Of a DNA stretch of 44,037 bases, positions 10,059 through 18,159 are shown piece by piece; positions within the stretch are counted from its first letter, which is position 1, and every line of letters starts with the position of its first letter. The notes below the pieces were generated by a model. The model saw only the letters and a list, made by a program, of their open reading frames with translations, did not search any database and was not told where the DNA came from. Location: assembly GCA_944359075.1 (NCBI GenBank), contig CALVSR010000003.1, positions 1 to 44,037 on the forward strand, read 5' to 3'. This DNA comes from an uncultured Bacilli bacterium. GTDB taxonomy: Bacteria > Bacillota_I > Bacilli_A > RF39 > UBA660. The translations under genes and the position numbers were made by a program.

Positions 10059-11194
10059 TTGAATTGGATCAATGGAAGAAGTTTATGTAGCTATAGTGAT
10101 TCTTCTAACGATTTAGATATCATTTATGAGTATGATGAAAATGGTATTAGAACAGCAAAGATAGTAAATCAAGTAGAAACTAAGTATTACCTAGAAAATA
10201 GTAATATTATCTATGAGCAAAGAGAAAACAACTTAATCTATTATCTATATGATTTAACAGGGTTAATAGGATTAAAATACAATGATAATACTTATTATTA
10301 CATTAAGAATCTACAAGGAGATATTATAGGAATACTAGATTCTAATTACAATCAAGTAGTATCTTATGAATACGATAGTTGGGGTAAAGTATTAAGTATT
10401 AAAGATAATCAAGGTAATGAAATTACAGATACAACCAATATCGGTATCATCAATCCATTTAGATATAGAGAATACTATTATGATACAGAAACTAGCTTAT
10501 ATTACTTAAATAGTAGGTACTATAATCCTGAATGGGGTAGATTTATTAATGCAGATAATTATATATCAACTGATACTGGATTACTGGGTTATAATATGTA
10601 TAATTACGCAAATAATAATCCTATAACTTTTGCGGATCCAATGGGTCATGCTGTTTTTATTGGATTATTAGTAGGAATTGTCGCAGCTGGAGCAGCGGGT
10701 ATAGCATATGGCATAAATAATAAGAAACAAAATCAAAAAGCTATCAAAGAAATTAATCAAGTTCAAAAAAAATATCCTAATTCTGTTCCAAATCCGTCTA
10801 AATCAGTTCAATTTCAGGAAACACTAAAAACTAATGCATCTATTGTGAAATCTGAAACTAAAAATATGAATCAGTTCCAAAAATTAGATTACTTTATTAA
10901 TAATGTTAAAACTGGTGGAAAATATGATTTGAAGAATACCGAGGAATGGAAAAACACTGATATATATTATGATGGGTGATTATGGAACCTCAAGATATTG
11001 GAAACTATCACTTTGGTTATATTGGCAGAGCAATGGGTTATGATACTGAATTCTTAACTTCTGGAGCTGGTGCTTATCAATTATATAGTGGAACAGCTAA
11101 AATATCTTGGTGTTTTACAACTAATAATTGTGATGATCCAAGAGATAATTATTATATTAGATTGGGCGCAATTGCATATGATAAAAATAATTAA
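10059..11194 (+). pseudogene. Orphan Rhs core plus C-terminal toxin (Ntox44-like RNase), split by a 1-bp frameshift
   Basis: ORFs 10059-10979 and 10976-11194 join if GATGGGTGATT (~10971-10981) had one more G. Motifs: DPMG cleavage site, TM helix, VKTGGKYDLK...DIGNYHFGYIG...GAG...DDPRD (Ntox44). No SD before 10059. Confidence 0.8.
10141..10544 (+). repeat. Rhs core repeat copy 2
   Basis: Near-identical to 8128-8531. Confidence 0.92.
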
Positions 11195-11233
11195 ATTAGT
11201 TTTGAGTAAAAATTATTTGGACGGTGATTGTAA

Positions 11234-11821
11234 GTGACAAAAAAAATGCTCTTTTTTGGATTATTTCTTTTCACACTATGTTTATTATGTAATTGGTATA
11301 GTGATTTAATTGTCGGATATTTCACGATATTTACTTTACTTTTTATTAAACTTTTTTTACTAATTATATGGATTATATTTCTAGTTAAAATAATTAAAAG
11401 TTTTGATAAAAATAAGAATAAAATTAATATTTTATTTGGAATTTTACTAATAGGTTCTATTTTTTCATTGTTTTTTGACTTTAGATTTATTAAAACTAAA
11501 GTTGAATTTACACTATATAAAAAACAGAGAAATATAATAATAGAAAAAGTTAAGAATAATGAATTTACTTATTATTTTGATAAAAATATAAAATTACCAA
11601 TATATAAATATGTTTCTTCTGATGGTGAGATTTATGTATATAGAAATGATGAAGAACAAATAATTGGCTTTTGGATATTTAGAGGAATTTCAAGTGGGAA
11701 TGTTGAGTTAATCTATTCTTCTGATGGGGAAGATTTAATATACGATATTAAGAATAATTCAGAAATCGTTAAGATTATTGAGTTAGAAGAAAATTGGTAT
11801 TATGTAGAAAGCAACTACTAA
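11234..11821 (+). CDS. Putative membrane immunity protein of the orphan cassette
   Basis: 195 aa with about 3 N-terminal TM helices; lies directly downstream of the orphan toxin tip. Confidence 0.65.
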   Translation: MTKKMLFFGLFLFTLCLLCNWYSDLIVGYFTIFTLLFIKLFLLIIWIIFLVKIIKSFDKNKNKINILFGILLIGSIFSLFFDFRFIKTKVEFTLYKKQRNIIIEKVKNNEFTYYFDKNIKLPIYKYVSSDGEIYVYRNDEEQIIGFWIFRGISSGNVELIYSSDGEDLIYDIKNNSEIVKIIELEENWYYVESNY

Positions 11822-11840
11822 TGAAAAAATAATATAATAT

Positions 11841-12035
11841 TTGGAAGTATGGAATGATAAAAATACAACAAAGGAATTTACCCTTTTCGGTCACAATTTA
11901 ATAAAAGACAATGAAAATTCAAGTTTAGTATCTGGAATTGAATCGTCAAAAAACTCTAAATTCATTGGAATAAGCTTTGAAGGATTTATTGGTTTTGGAG
12001 GAAGAATAAAAATTGGATTTAATATTGGAGGTTAA
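11841..12035 (+). pseudogene. Probable C-terminal remnant of another toxin tip
   Basis: No SD. Gly-rich end (GISFEGFIGFGGRIKIGFN) resembles Rhs C-termini, and its 3' end supplies the SD GGAGG for the next gene. Confidence 0.45.
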
Positions 12036-12043
12036 GATTTATT

Positions 12044-12421
12044 ATGGGTGTAAAAATCAGAAGATTAATAGCAATATATATAGATTGTAATATCATATTT
12101 TGGGTAAGTTATTATTTTTGTGTATTTTGGTCACTATTTAGTAAAAATATTTTCTTTCTTTTTTTCTTTCGTTAGTGGGATTATTAGTATTTATAAATGT
12201 ATTTTTAAGAAAAGATATAATATTTGGTTATGAAAGTATTGGTAAAAAATTAATGCGATTAAAAATTTACGATAAAAATAACGAAAGACTAACAAATAAG
12301 AAACAACTTATTGATCGAACCTTTCATTCCCTTTGGACTTTTCATATATATATTTTTATGATTTTAATAAATAAATAACAAAAGTACTGGAGATAAAAAA
12401 ATTGGTACAACAGTAAAATAA
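12044..12421 (+). pseudogene. RDD-family membrane protein with two frameshifts
   Basis: ATG 12044 gives MGVKIRRLIAIYID, then a shift in the T tract at ~12159-12165. It continues as ...DIIFGYESIGKKLMRLKI..., shifts again in the AAAT repeats at ~12370, and ends NNKSTGDKKIGTTVK*. RR..A..ID, SIGKK and GD...GT.V are RDD motifs. Confidence 0.7.
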
Positions 12422-12500
12422 AATTTATTAATATTAGATATTAAATTAAATATATAAATATAAAAAAATATGAATATGCCTATGTATGGGAGGATTTAAA

Positions 12501-13283
12501 ATGATTATAAATAAAAACATAGAGAATGATGCTTATCTAAAACTAGTTCATTATGCTTTTCAAAAATGTGATAGTATTTTTCTTATAAAAAGAAATGACC
12601 AGCATAAGTCAAGTACAAATAAAATCATGGGAATTATTATGCAAACTAATCAATATACAGAAAATGATATTGTAAATATGTATACAGTAAATTCTAAAAA
12701 GTTTTTAGAGGAGATGGTTGGTCAGTTTATAGATAATGATACTATTTTTGAAGAAGATGAATGGAAAGAGAACTTGGTAAAATTAGGAGCAGATAGTAAA
12801 CAAATTGAAAAGTGTAAAATCGATAATAGCTTTCATATGATAGAGGATAGCATTATGCAATTTGTATACGAGCACCTAACTTACTCATGGATTAGTAAAC
12901 ATCGAAATAGTATTATTTCTGAAAAAAATAGATATTTACCATTAAAGTATATATCTAATAAAGCTATGTATGATGAGCAGTTTCTTTATACCACTACATA
13001 TTATATTAGATTAACTAATGAAATAAAAGCAGAACTAATTAATAAAAATTCGATTTATGATTGGTGTTTTCCAATGGCTCTTGAAGATTTATGTTTTTTT
13101 AAAGACGGTTATTGTTGGTTATATTCTGTCGCACATGAAGAAATTTTAGATATTTATTGTGAAAATGAAGAAGAATATAATTACTTGAAATCAATCGGAG
13201 TCGAATTTGTAGAAGATCATTTTATACCTATTTCAGAGAAAGAGAAGGAAGCTTTATACAATAAAAACTTTAATAATAATTAA
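12501..13283 (+). CDS. Putative immunity protein, paralog A (EDLCFFKDGYCWLYSVAHE family)
   Basis: SD GGAGG then ATG 12501; the N-terminus aligns with the 16328 and 17296 paralogs; located in the toxin array. Confidence 0.7.
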   Translation: MIINKNIENDAYLKLVHYAFQKCDSIFLIKRNDQHKSSTNKIMGIIMQTNQYTENDIVNMYTVNSKKFLEEMVGQFIDNDTIFEEDEWKENLVKLGADSKQIEKCKIDNSFHMIEDSIMQFVYEHLTYSWISKHRNSIISEKNRYLPLKYISNKAMYDEQFLYTTTYYIRLTNEIKAELINKNSIYDWCFPMALEDLCFFKDGYCWLYSVAHEEILDIYCENEEEYNYLKSIGVEFVEDHFIPISEKEKEALYNKNFNNN

Positions 13284-13474
13284 TCGTACATTTATTATGA
13301 ATACAATGTAGATAGTATTAGAATAGCAAAGATAGTAAATGGATTAAAAACCAAGTATTACCTAGAAAATAGTAATATTATCTTTGAGCAAAGAGGAAAC
13401 AACTTAATCTATTATCTATATGATTTAACAGGATTAATAGGATTAAAATACAACGATGATACTTATTATCACAT
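13083..13474 (+). repeat. ~390-bp direct repeat, left copy (3' end of immunity gene plus Rhs core fragment)
   Basis: Matches 16880-17271 (offset 3797) with the first ~215 bp identical; 13295-13474 also matches Rhs 8111-8290. Confidence 0.9.
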
Positions 13475-13536
13475 AGAATTTATTAAACTATTTTACTAGT
13501 TATGATTGAATACACTAATTATAAAAAGGTGAAAAA

Positions 13537-13992
13537 ATAATAGGCGTTAGATTCAAAATAGAAAATGAATATGATAATATTTTTTATAAAATATTTAAAA
13601 ACATAGATTTTCATGAATACGATTGAAACATTGTTGAGGATGAGATTTATTCTCAGACAGGAAAAAATTATTTTGACAAAGCTCATTATTTAAATGATGA
13701 GTTTCAGAAGTTAATAGAATATGGAATATATTACCCAGTGTTTGCTAATATACAAATGTATAGAAAACAAGATGAAGTAGAAGATATTGAAACTTATTCA
13801 GATTTTATTAATAGTAAATGTCAGCTTGTCTTATTTATTACAGATAATGAATTTGTTGATATTTATTCTAAGAATGAAAATTGGTTAAATACTATTTACC
13901 AAAATGCTATAGATAATAACTTTGAAAACCTTCAATATATTGAAAATAATAATTCTTATATACATCATAGATTTTCTGCATACTCAGACTAA
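13537..13992 (+). pseudogene. DUF2691-like putative immunity protein with nonsense codon and lost start
   Basis: In frame upstream of ORF 13738: IGVRFKIENEY...FHEYD*(TGA 13624)NIVEDE...YYPVFANIQMY...IETYSDFINSKCQLVLFITD. SD AAGGTGA is followed by ATA rather than ATG. Confidence 0.65.
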
Positions 13993-14065
13993 GTAAAATT
14001 GATATCAATAAATTATGACATAGATCATTTAGGTGGGCAAAATATATTTTAATTAAATTAATAAT

Positions 14066-14100
14066 AAAAGGCTCTATCTATATATAGGATTGAGTCTTTT
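14066..14100 (+). terminator. Putative terminator upstream of the holin
   Basis: AAAAGGCTC...GAGTCTTTT hairpin. Confidence 0.45.
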
Positions 14101-14126
14101 GCCTATTAGTGAAAGGAGAAATGAAC

Positions 14127-14486
14127 ATGGAAGAGTTTATAGAACATATTATGGCAATGAATGAGCCAAAATTATTATTTATATTATGTGGAATATTTAT
14201 ATTTACAGATGTTCTAACAGGATATTTAAAGGCATTTAAAACAAAAAAAATTAATTCATCTATTAGTAGAGATGGTTATTTAAAGAAAGTATCTTGGCTA
14301 ATAGCATTAATTTTTGGATTTGTAATTGATTATTTAGTAGGTACACAATTATTTTTAATTGGAACAGCAGTAGTATGTGTGATAACAGAGGGAATATCCG
14401 TTTATGAAAATCTTGGCGAATTAGGAGTTAGCTTACCATTTACAAAGTACTTTGAAAAAGTAAAAGATAATAGTGAGATTATATAG
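14127..14486 (+). CDS. Phage holin family 4 (TcdE/Cp-1-type) holin
   Basis: DVLTG..KA....INSSISRDG..KK and EGISVYENLG.LG motifs, 3 TM helices; SD AAGGAG 8 nt before ATG 14127. Confidence 0.88.
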   Translation: MEEFIEHIMAMNEPKLLFILCGIFIFTDVLTGYLKAFKTKKINSSISRDGYLKKVSWLIALIFGFVIDYLVGTQLFLIGTAVVCVITEGISVYENLGELGVSLPFTKYFEKVKDNSEII

Positions 14487-14501
14487 AAGGGAATATAGAG
14501 T

Positions 14502-15374
14502 GTGAATTATTTTACATTTGGGATGAAAGTGTTAAGAGTAACGCAAAACTATAATGGATCTACTTCGCATAAAGCACACTGGTATCACTCTACTAACTAT
14601 GCAGATTATCCAATTGACTGTGCTGGAAAAGATGGTGACAAAGATATTTACTATGCACCAGTAGATATGAAAGTAACGGCTGTAAAAGGAATAGGTAATG
14701 CTACTACTAATACTATTTGGTTAGTAGCATGTGAAAAATGTATGACCCCAAGCGGAGAAATATTACCTTTTATTATGCTAACTCATTTTAATGATAATGA
14801 TCCCTATGTATCTAATTTGAAAGTAGGTTCTATTGTGAAACAGGGACAACCTATTTGTGAAGAAGGAACAGATGGTGCTACTGCGAATCATTTACACATC
14901 GTAGTAGGAAATGCAGATAGAGGTTGTGGAAATGGTTTCATTCAAAACTCTAATGGTAAGTGGGTTAGTAATGGTTACTGTATGAAACCAGAAGAAATTA
15001 TGTATATAGATAAAGACTTCACAAATGTACTTGATACCAATGGTATTATTTTTAAAGATAAGCCCAAAGAAGAACCAAAAGAAAGTTTTTTTGGATCAAA
15101 AGGGTACTTTTGTTTAGGAAATTATCATGAAAATATTGGAAAAATTTGCGATTTCTTTGCTGAATATTTTTATGGATACTTTTATAAAGGAGAAAATGCT
15201 AAAGCAAAGGCTCATCAAGTCTTAGACGGAAATTATTTTGGACCTTATTTAAAAAAATGGACAATAGAGTTTCAAAAACGTGCTAAAGATGAAGGAAAAT
15301 ACAATGATGAAATAGATGGATGCATTGGCCCTAAAACCCTAACTGCCTTAAAATATTATGGATTTCAAGAATAG
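14502..15374 (+). CDS. Endolysin-like peptidoglycan hydrolase: M23-type peptidase plus C-terminal PG-binding domain
   Basis: H...PID..G.DG, YAP, KVG..VKQGQ.I..EG.DG...NHLH (M23 Zn motif); C-terminal DG.YFGP......EFQK...DGCIGPKT (PG_binding_1-like); no signal peptide. Confidence 0.85.
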   Translation: MNYFTFGMKVLRVTQNYNGSTSHKAHWYHSTNYADYPIDCAGKDGDKDIYYAPVDMKVTAVKGIGNATTNTIWLVACEKCMTPSGEILPFIMLTHFNDNDPYVSNLKVGSIVKQGQPICEEGTDGATANHLHIVVGNADRGCGNGFIQNSNGKWVSNGYCMKPEEIMYIDKDFTNVLDTNGIIFKDKPKEEPKESFFGSKGYFCLGNYHENIGKICDFFAEYFYGYFYKGENAKAKAHQVLDGNYFGPYLKKWTIEFQKRAKDEGKYNDEIDGCIGPKTLTALKYYGFQE

Positions 15375-15384
15375 TAAGATAATA

Positions 15385-15416
15385 AAGAGGAAATTTCAAT
15401 ATAAATTCCTCTTTTA
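15385..15416 (+). terminator. Rho-independent terminator after the endolysin
   Basis: AAAGAGGAA...TTCCTCTTTT hairpin. Confidence 0.6.
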
Positions 15417-15436
15417 TAATGTTAATATATATTTTA

Positions 15437-15809
15437 AGTAAAAAATATTAATGATAATAAACTATAATACAATTAAGATATTTCTGGTAATTTATTAACA
15501 AAAACTACCACAGATATGACAACCAATGTTATAATAAAGACAGATACTTATCAGTATTCTAATAGTAATTATGAAGACCAACTAACAAACTTTAATGAAA
15601 GTAGTATTACCTATGACAGCATCGGAAACCCATTAACAATTGGAAATAGTATCGAAATAGCCTGAATCAATGGTAGAAGCTTAAGTATCTATGAAGATGC
15701 TACCAAGAATTTAAATAATCATAGGAATACTAGATTCTAGTTACAATCAAGTAATATCTTATGAATACGATAGCTGGAGCCAAGTATTAAGTATTAAAGA
15801 TAATCAAGG
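15437..15809 (+). pseudogene. Internally deleted, degenerate Rhs fragment
   Basis: 15485-~15717 matches 7874-~8106; 15721-15809 matches 8313-8401; 15437-15484 loosely matches ~7620-7667; TGG>TGA at 15663. Confidence 0.85.
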
Positions 15810-15818
15810 AGGTTTATT

Positions 15819-16223
15819 ATGTATAGTATTGATGATATTATGGATATGCTTGATTGGAATAGGAGCATAGAAGATCAAGAAAAAGGTATAGAATTAGCAA
15901 GATCTATTAAAAGTATTAATGTTTTTATACAACCACTTGATCCAAACCACAATAAAAATGTATGGGAAAATTGTGCAAAGATTTTATTTGAGAGAAGTGA
16001 TGAAGAATTAAAACCATATTTAATTTCATTGTTTGAGTGGTTACAAGATTTAACTTGTCCTGGCGCTATGATTATTTTTGATAGATTAAAAAGTTATAAA
16101 GATAAGACAAATTTCGATTTTTCTTATAAAGTATGCTTAAGTGAAGCAAAAAAGTTAGGCGATGAGGCATGGAAAGATAATATAATCGAACTTGGCAAAT
16201 CTATAAATAAGGAGATATCGTAG
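15819..16223 (+). CDS. DUF5071-like putative immunity protein
   Basis: WENCAKIL...LKPYL..LFEWLQDL..PGA motif; SD AAGGAGG. Confidence 0.7.
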   Translation: MYSIDDIMDMLDWNRSIEDQEKGIELARSIKSINVFIQPLDPNHNKNVWENCAKILFERSDEELKPYLISLFEWLQDLTCPGAMIIFDRLKSYKDKTNFDFSYKVCLSEAKKLGDEAWKDNIIELGKSINKEIS

Positions 16224-16309
16224 GAATATTAGATTCTAGTTACAATCCACATTATCACCCAGGGAAAAGACCTAATCATTCACATATTTGGTTTTTTCCA
16301 TCCCCATAA
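16209..16309 (+). pseudogene. Rhs core fragment fused in frame to the last 20 codons of a deleted toxin tip
   Basis: 16209-16247 matches 8302-8340; the frame reads GDIVGILDSSYN-PHYHPGKRPNHSHIWFFPSP*. Confidence 0.6.
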
Positions 16310-16327
16310 GGAAAGGAAGATTAGAAA

Positions 16328-17080
16328 ATGGTTATAGATAAAAATATAGAGAAAGATACATATTGGAAATTAGTCGATTATGCTTTTCAAAAGTGTGATA
16401 CTATTTCTCTTACTAAGCAAAATGATCAACATGAATCAGAACATAAAAAAATTATGGATATTATTATGTCAATGAATAGTTATTCAGCAACCGATATTTT
16501 AAATAATTATTCTGAAAAATTTCTAGAAGATATGGTTCTTCAATTTAAAGATAATGATATTATTTTTGATGAGGAAAATTGGAAAAAGTATGTTAAAAGC
16601 TTGGGAATGAGTGATGAAAGTATTGAAGAATTAAAAAAAAGTAATAGATATCATACGATAACTGGAAGTATTATGAGGTTTGTTTATAAAAAACTTACAG
16701 AATCATGGATCAATAGAAATAGAAATAGTATTATTACAGTCACTAATCATTATATAACTGAATTATCTGGCAAAAAATTTTTATATAATCATATATATTA
16801 CATAAAAATGACAAAGGAAATACAGGAAGAAATGCTAAAAAAGCAATCATTATTTGATTGGATTTTTCCTACATCACTAGAAGATTTATGTTTTTTTAAA
16901 GACGGTTATTGTTGGTTATATTCTGTCGCACATGAAGAAATTTTAGATATTTATTGTGAAAATGAAGAAGAATATAATTACTTGAAATCAATCGGAGTCG
17001 AATTTGTAGAAGATCATTTTATACCTATTTCAGAGAAAGAGAAGGAAGCTTTATACAATAAAAACTTTAATAATAATTAA
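16328..17080 (+). CDS. Putative immunity protein, paralog B
   Basis: Homologous throughout to 12501-13283, with the C-terminal ~67 aa identical. Confidence 0.72.
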   Translation: MVIDKNIEKDTYWKLVDYAFQKCDTISLTKQNDQHESEHKKIMDIIMSMNSYSATDILNNYSEKFLEDMVLQFKDNDIIFDEENWKKYVKSLGMSDESIEELKKSNRYHTITGSIMRFVYKKLTESWINRNRNSIITVTNHYITELSGKKFLYNHIYYIKMTKEIQEEMLKKQSLFDWIFPTSLEDLCFFKDGYCWLYSVAHEEILDIYCENEEEYNYLKSIGVEFVEDHFIPISEKEKEALYNKNFNNN

Positions 17081-17296
17081 TCGTACATTTATTATTAATA
17101 CAATGTAGATGGTATTAGAATAGCAAAGATAGTAAATCAAGTAGAAACTAAGTATTACCTAGAAAATAGTAATATTATCTATGAGCAAAGAGGAAACGAC
17201 TTAATCTATTATCTATATGATTTAACAGGATTAATAGGGTTAAAATACAATGATAATACTTATTATTACATTAAGAATCTACAAGGAGATATTATA
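16880..17296 (+). repeat. ~390-bp direct repeat, right copy, extended by Rhs core fragment
   Basis: 16880-17271 matches 13083-13474; 17092-17296 matches Rhs 8111-8315. Confidence 0.9.
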
Positions 17297-17862
17297 TGTT
17301 AATTAAAGGAAAAATAGAAAATGAAAAATATGAAAGACTAATAAAATATGCTTTTCAAAAATCTGATGCAATTATGTTTGTCTTTAGAAAAGATGGCTTT
17401 AGTAATCAGCAAATTTTGAAATTAGAGAAAACATCTAATGACTTAAAAACAAAATTTAAAGATTATATTTTAAAAATTAGAAATGGTTCTTATTGGGTAT
17501 TTACAAAAGTTGGATATTCACAATTAGGTATTTCTAGTTCTGAATTTAAAGATCCATCTAATTTTGATAAATTATTTGAAGTGTTATTTTATAAAACTAC
17601 TAAAGAATTAGAAGAATATGTACTATCAAATTCTAATTTATATTCATGGCTTAATCCAGACTATCCTGAAGATATATCATTTTTTAAAAACGGCTATTGT
17701 TGGCTATATTCTGTAGCGCATGAAGAAATGTGTGACATATATTGTGAAAATGAGGAAGAATACAACTATTTAAAATCTATAGGAATTGAGTTTATGGATG
17801 ATAAGTTTATAGAAATTTTAAATAATGAATTATATTTTGAAAATTATGATAATATACTATAG
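17296..17862 (+). CDS. Putative immunity protein, paralog C
   Basis: YAFQKSD and EDISFFKNGYCWLYSVAHEE..DIYCENEEEYNYLKSIG motifs are shared with paralogs A and B. Confidence 0.72.
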   Translation: MLIKGKIENEKYERLIKYAFQKSDAIMFVFRKDGFSNQQILKLEKTSNDLKTKFKDYILKIRNGSYWVFTKVGYSQLGISSSEFKDPSNFDKLFEVLFYKTTKELEEYVLSNSNLYSWLNPDYPEDISFFKNGYCWLYSVAHEEMCDIYCENEEEYNYLKSIGIEFMDDKFIEILNNELYFENYDNIL

Positions 17863-17920
17863 ACCGATTATAGAATTAATAATCCTATTACAGTAAATTA
17901 CATTATTTTGCTAAAAAATA

Positions 17921-17950
17921 AAAATCCACTAGCTAAACTAGTGGGTTCTT
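17921..17950. terminator. Bidirectional terminator marking the end of the island
   Basis: CCACTAG-ctaaa-CTAGTGG hairpin between convergent genes. Confidence 0.55.
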
Positions 17951-17968
17951 ATTTATGAATACATACCA

Positions 17969-18061
17969 TTAAATAAACCAAACCATAATACCTGCTATAA
18001 AAGAACCAAGCATGATTAAAGTTAAAAATATAGCCATTCCTTTTAACATTTTTTTATTCAT
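17969..18061 (-). CDS. 30-aa single-TM small protein (Prli42/DUF4044-like)
   Basis: MNKKMLKGMAIFLTLIMLGSFIAGIMVWFI*, SD GAGGTG; absent from the ORF track. Confidence 0.65.
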   Translation of the reverse strand: MNKKMLKGMAIFLTLIMLGSFIAGIMVWFI

Positions 18062-18159
18062 GATAACACCTCATTAACATTATAATAAAAAACAATAAAA
18101 AAGTAAAATATTTAAACATATTTTATCAAAAACTTAATATGATTTATTAGGTGAACAAA

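Noticed and set aside
8128-10544. Diversity-generating retroelement TR/VR pair
   Set aside because: There are only four A/G transitions, in both directions, in the conserved core, and no reverse transcriptase in the window.
13624-13626. TGA=Trp recoding (code 4), suggested by TGA at Trp positions 13624 and 15663
   Set aside because: Long genes use TGG without TGA interruptions, and TGA ends xerD and the ABC ATPase; both cases lie in pseudogenes.
14109-14129. Holin/antiholin dual-start motif (ATG AAC ATG)
   Set aside because: The first ATG is only 2 nt from the SD and adds no basic residue, so the sequence alone does not support it.
2180-15374. Intact prophage or tailocin suggested by the fibre, holin and endolysin
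   Set aside because: There are no head, packaging, tube, sheath, tape-measure, replication or integrase genes in the window, and the phage-like genes are interleaved with toxin/immunity genes.
13083-17296. CRISPR array or integron attC array
   Set aside because: The repeats are long, irregular coding-derived fragments; there are no regular spacers, cas genes, attC hairpins or integron integrase.
17921-17950. IS200/IS605 end hairpin
   Set aside because: There is no tnpA or tnpB nearby, and a terminator between convergent genes explains it.
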